Below the pieces are notes generated by a model. That model was not told the DNA's origin. It ran no database searches and saw nothing but the letters and a program-made list of their open reading frames with translations. A DNA stretch of 64,000 nucleotides from the human T2T-CHM13v2.0 reference genome, Homo sapiens, in NCBI RefSeq assembly GCF_009914755.1, contig NC_060927.1. One strand, given 5' to 3'. Shown piece by piece: positions 63,601 to 64,000 of this stretch. Position 1 is the stretch's first letter; each line of letters begins with the position of its first letter. A program made the translations under genes and the position numbers.

Positions 63601-64000
63601 GAAAGTACATCAAATATATATTTTATTCTGTACATAAAATATCAAAGTACACCAGATATATATTCTATAGTGTACATAAAATATCAAAGTACCCAAACTA
63701 TACATTATATACTGTACATAAAATATGAAATTACAGCAAATATATATTATATTAGGTACATAAAATATGAAAGTACATCAAATATAGATTATATACTGTA
63801 CATTAAATACCAAAGTACCCCAAATATATATTTTATACTGTACATGAAATATCAAAGTTCACAAACTATATATTATATACTGTACATAAAGTATCAATGT
63901 ACCCAAGGTATATATTCTATACTGCACAAAAAATATCAAAGTACCCAAAGCATGTATTATATACTGTATATAAAATATGAAAGTACATCAAATATATATT
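60630..64000 (+). repeat. Third-level repeat, copy F (partial; lacks one 377-bp unit)
   Basis: Offset to copy E drops from 6770 to 6393 after the first unit (61381 vs 54988; 62764 vs 56371). Confidence 0.85.

Larger units (their letters stand above)
1..64000 (+). repeat. HSat1A (SAR / classical human satellite I) tandem array: 42-bp monomer, 378-bp 9-mer higher-order repeat, single orientation
   Basis: Continuous repeats of ACATAAAATATCAAAGT-ACCCAAACTATATATTATATACTGT-like 42-mers from base 1 to 64000. ORF starts recur at 378/377/373-bp spacing. The 17+25 bp RsaI-delimited organisation and 378-bp period match what is established for HSat1A (chr3/chr4 centromeric regions and acrocentric short arms). 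The family is recognised from memory and the chromosome cannot be assigned from the window. Confidence 0.95.

Noticed and set aside
1-64000. CRISPR-like array (conserved GTACATAAAATAT part alternating with a variable part)
   Set aside because: The variable parts are homologous to one another and cycle with period 9. There are no unique spacers, leader or cas genes.
1-64000. Alpha satellite, HSat1B, HSat2/3 or CENP-B boxes
   Set aside because: No 171-bp period, no CATTC/GGAAT pentamer arrays, no Alu-containing 2.4-kb unit and no CENP-B box motif were seen.
1-64000. Embedded transposon, inversion or unique insertion
   Set aside because: Reading through the window, every line conforms to the same monomer set in the same orientation, and the ORF track is + strand only throughout.

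Overview
The whole 64 kb window is one uninterrupted, single-orientation, very AT-rich tandem satellite array. It matches human (hominid) Satellite 1A (HSat1A / SAR / classical satellite I). The 42-bp monomer is a 17-bp ACATAAAATAT(C/G)AAAGT unit plus a 25-bp ACCCAAA..TATATACTGT unit, separated by GTAC (RsaI) sites, and nine diverged monomers form a 378-bp higher-order repeat. I see no genes, transposons, inversions or unique sequence. All listed ORFs are artefacts of a stop-poor frame in a repeat whose period is divisible by 3. The information lies in the hierarchy of variants: (1) a roughly 6,770-bp, 162-monomer third-level repeat; (2) recurrent 6-, 8-, 13- and 14-monomer variant units; (3) a length-neutral internal rearrangement of one 6.77-kb copy; (4) a 4.9/5.7-kb tandem duplication; (5) long-range copies 34-48 kb apart; and (6) more diverged islands. 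The most speculative functional signal is a dense + strand array of Pumilio-response-element octamers (TGTAHATA), with an AATAAA hexamer on the - strand once per 378 bp. I cannot support a new protein-coding system here. Coordinates and periods were derived by hand from the sequence and ORF-start offsets.
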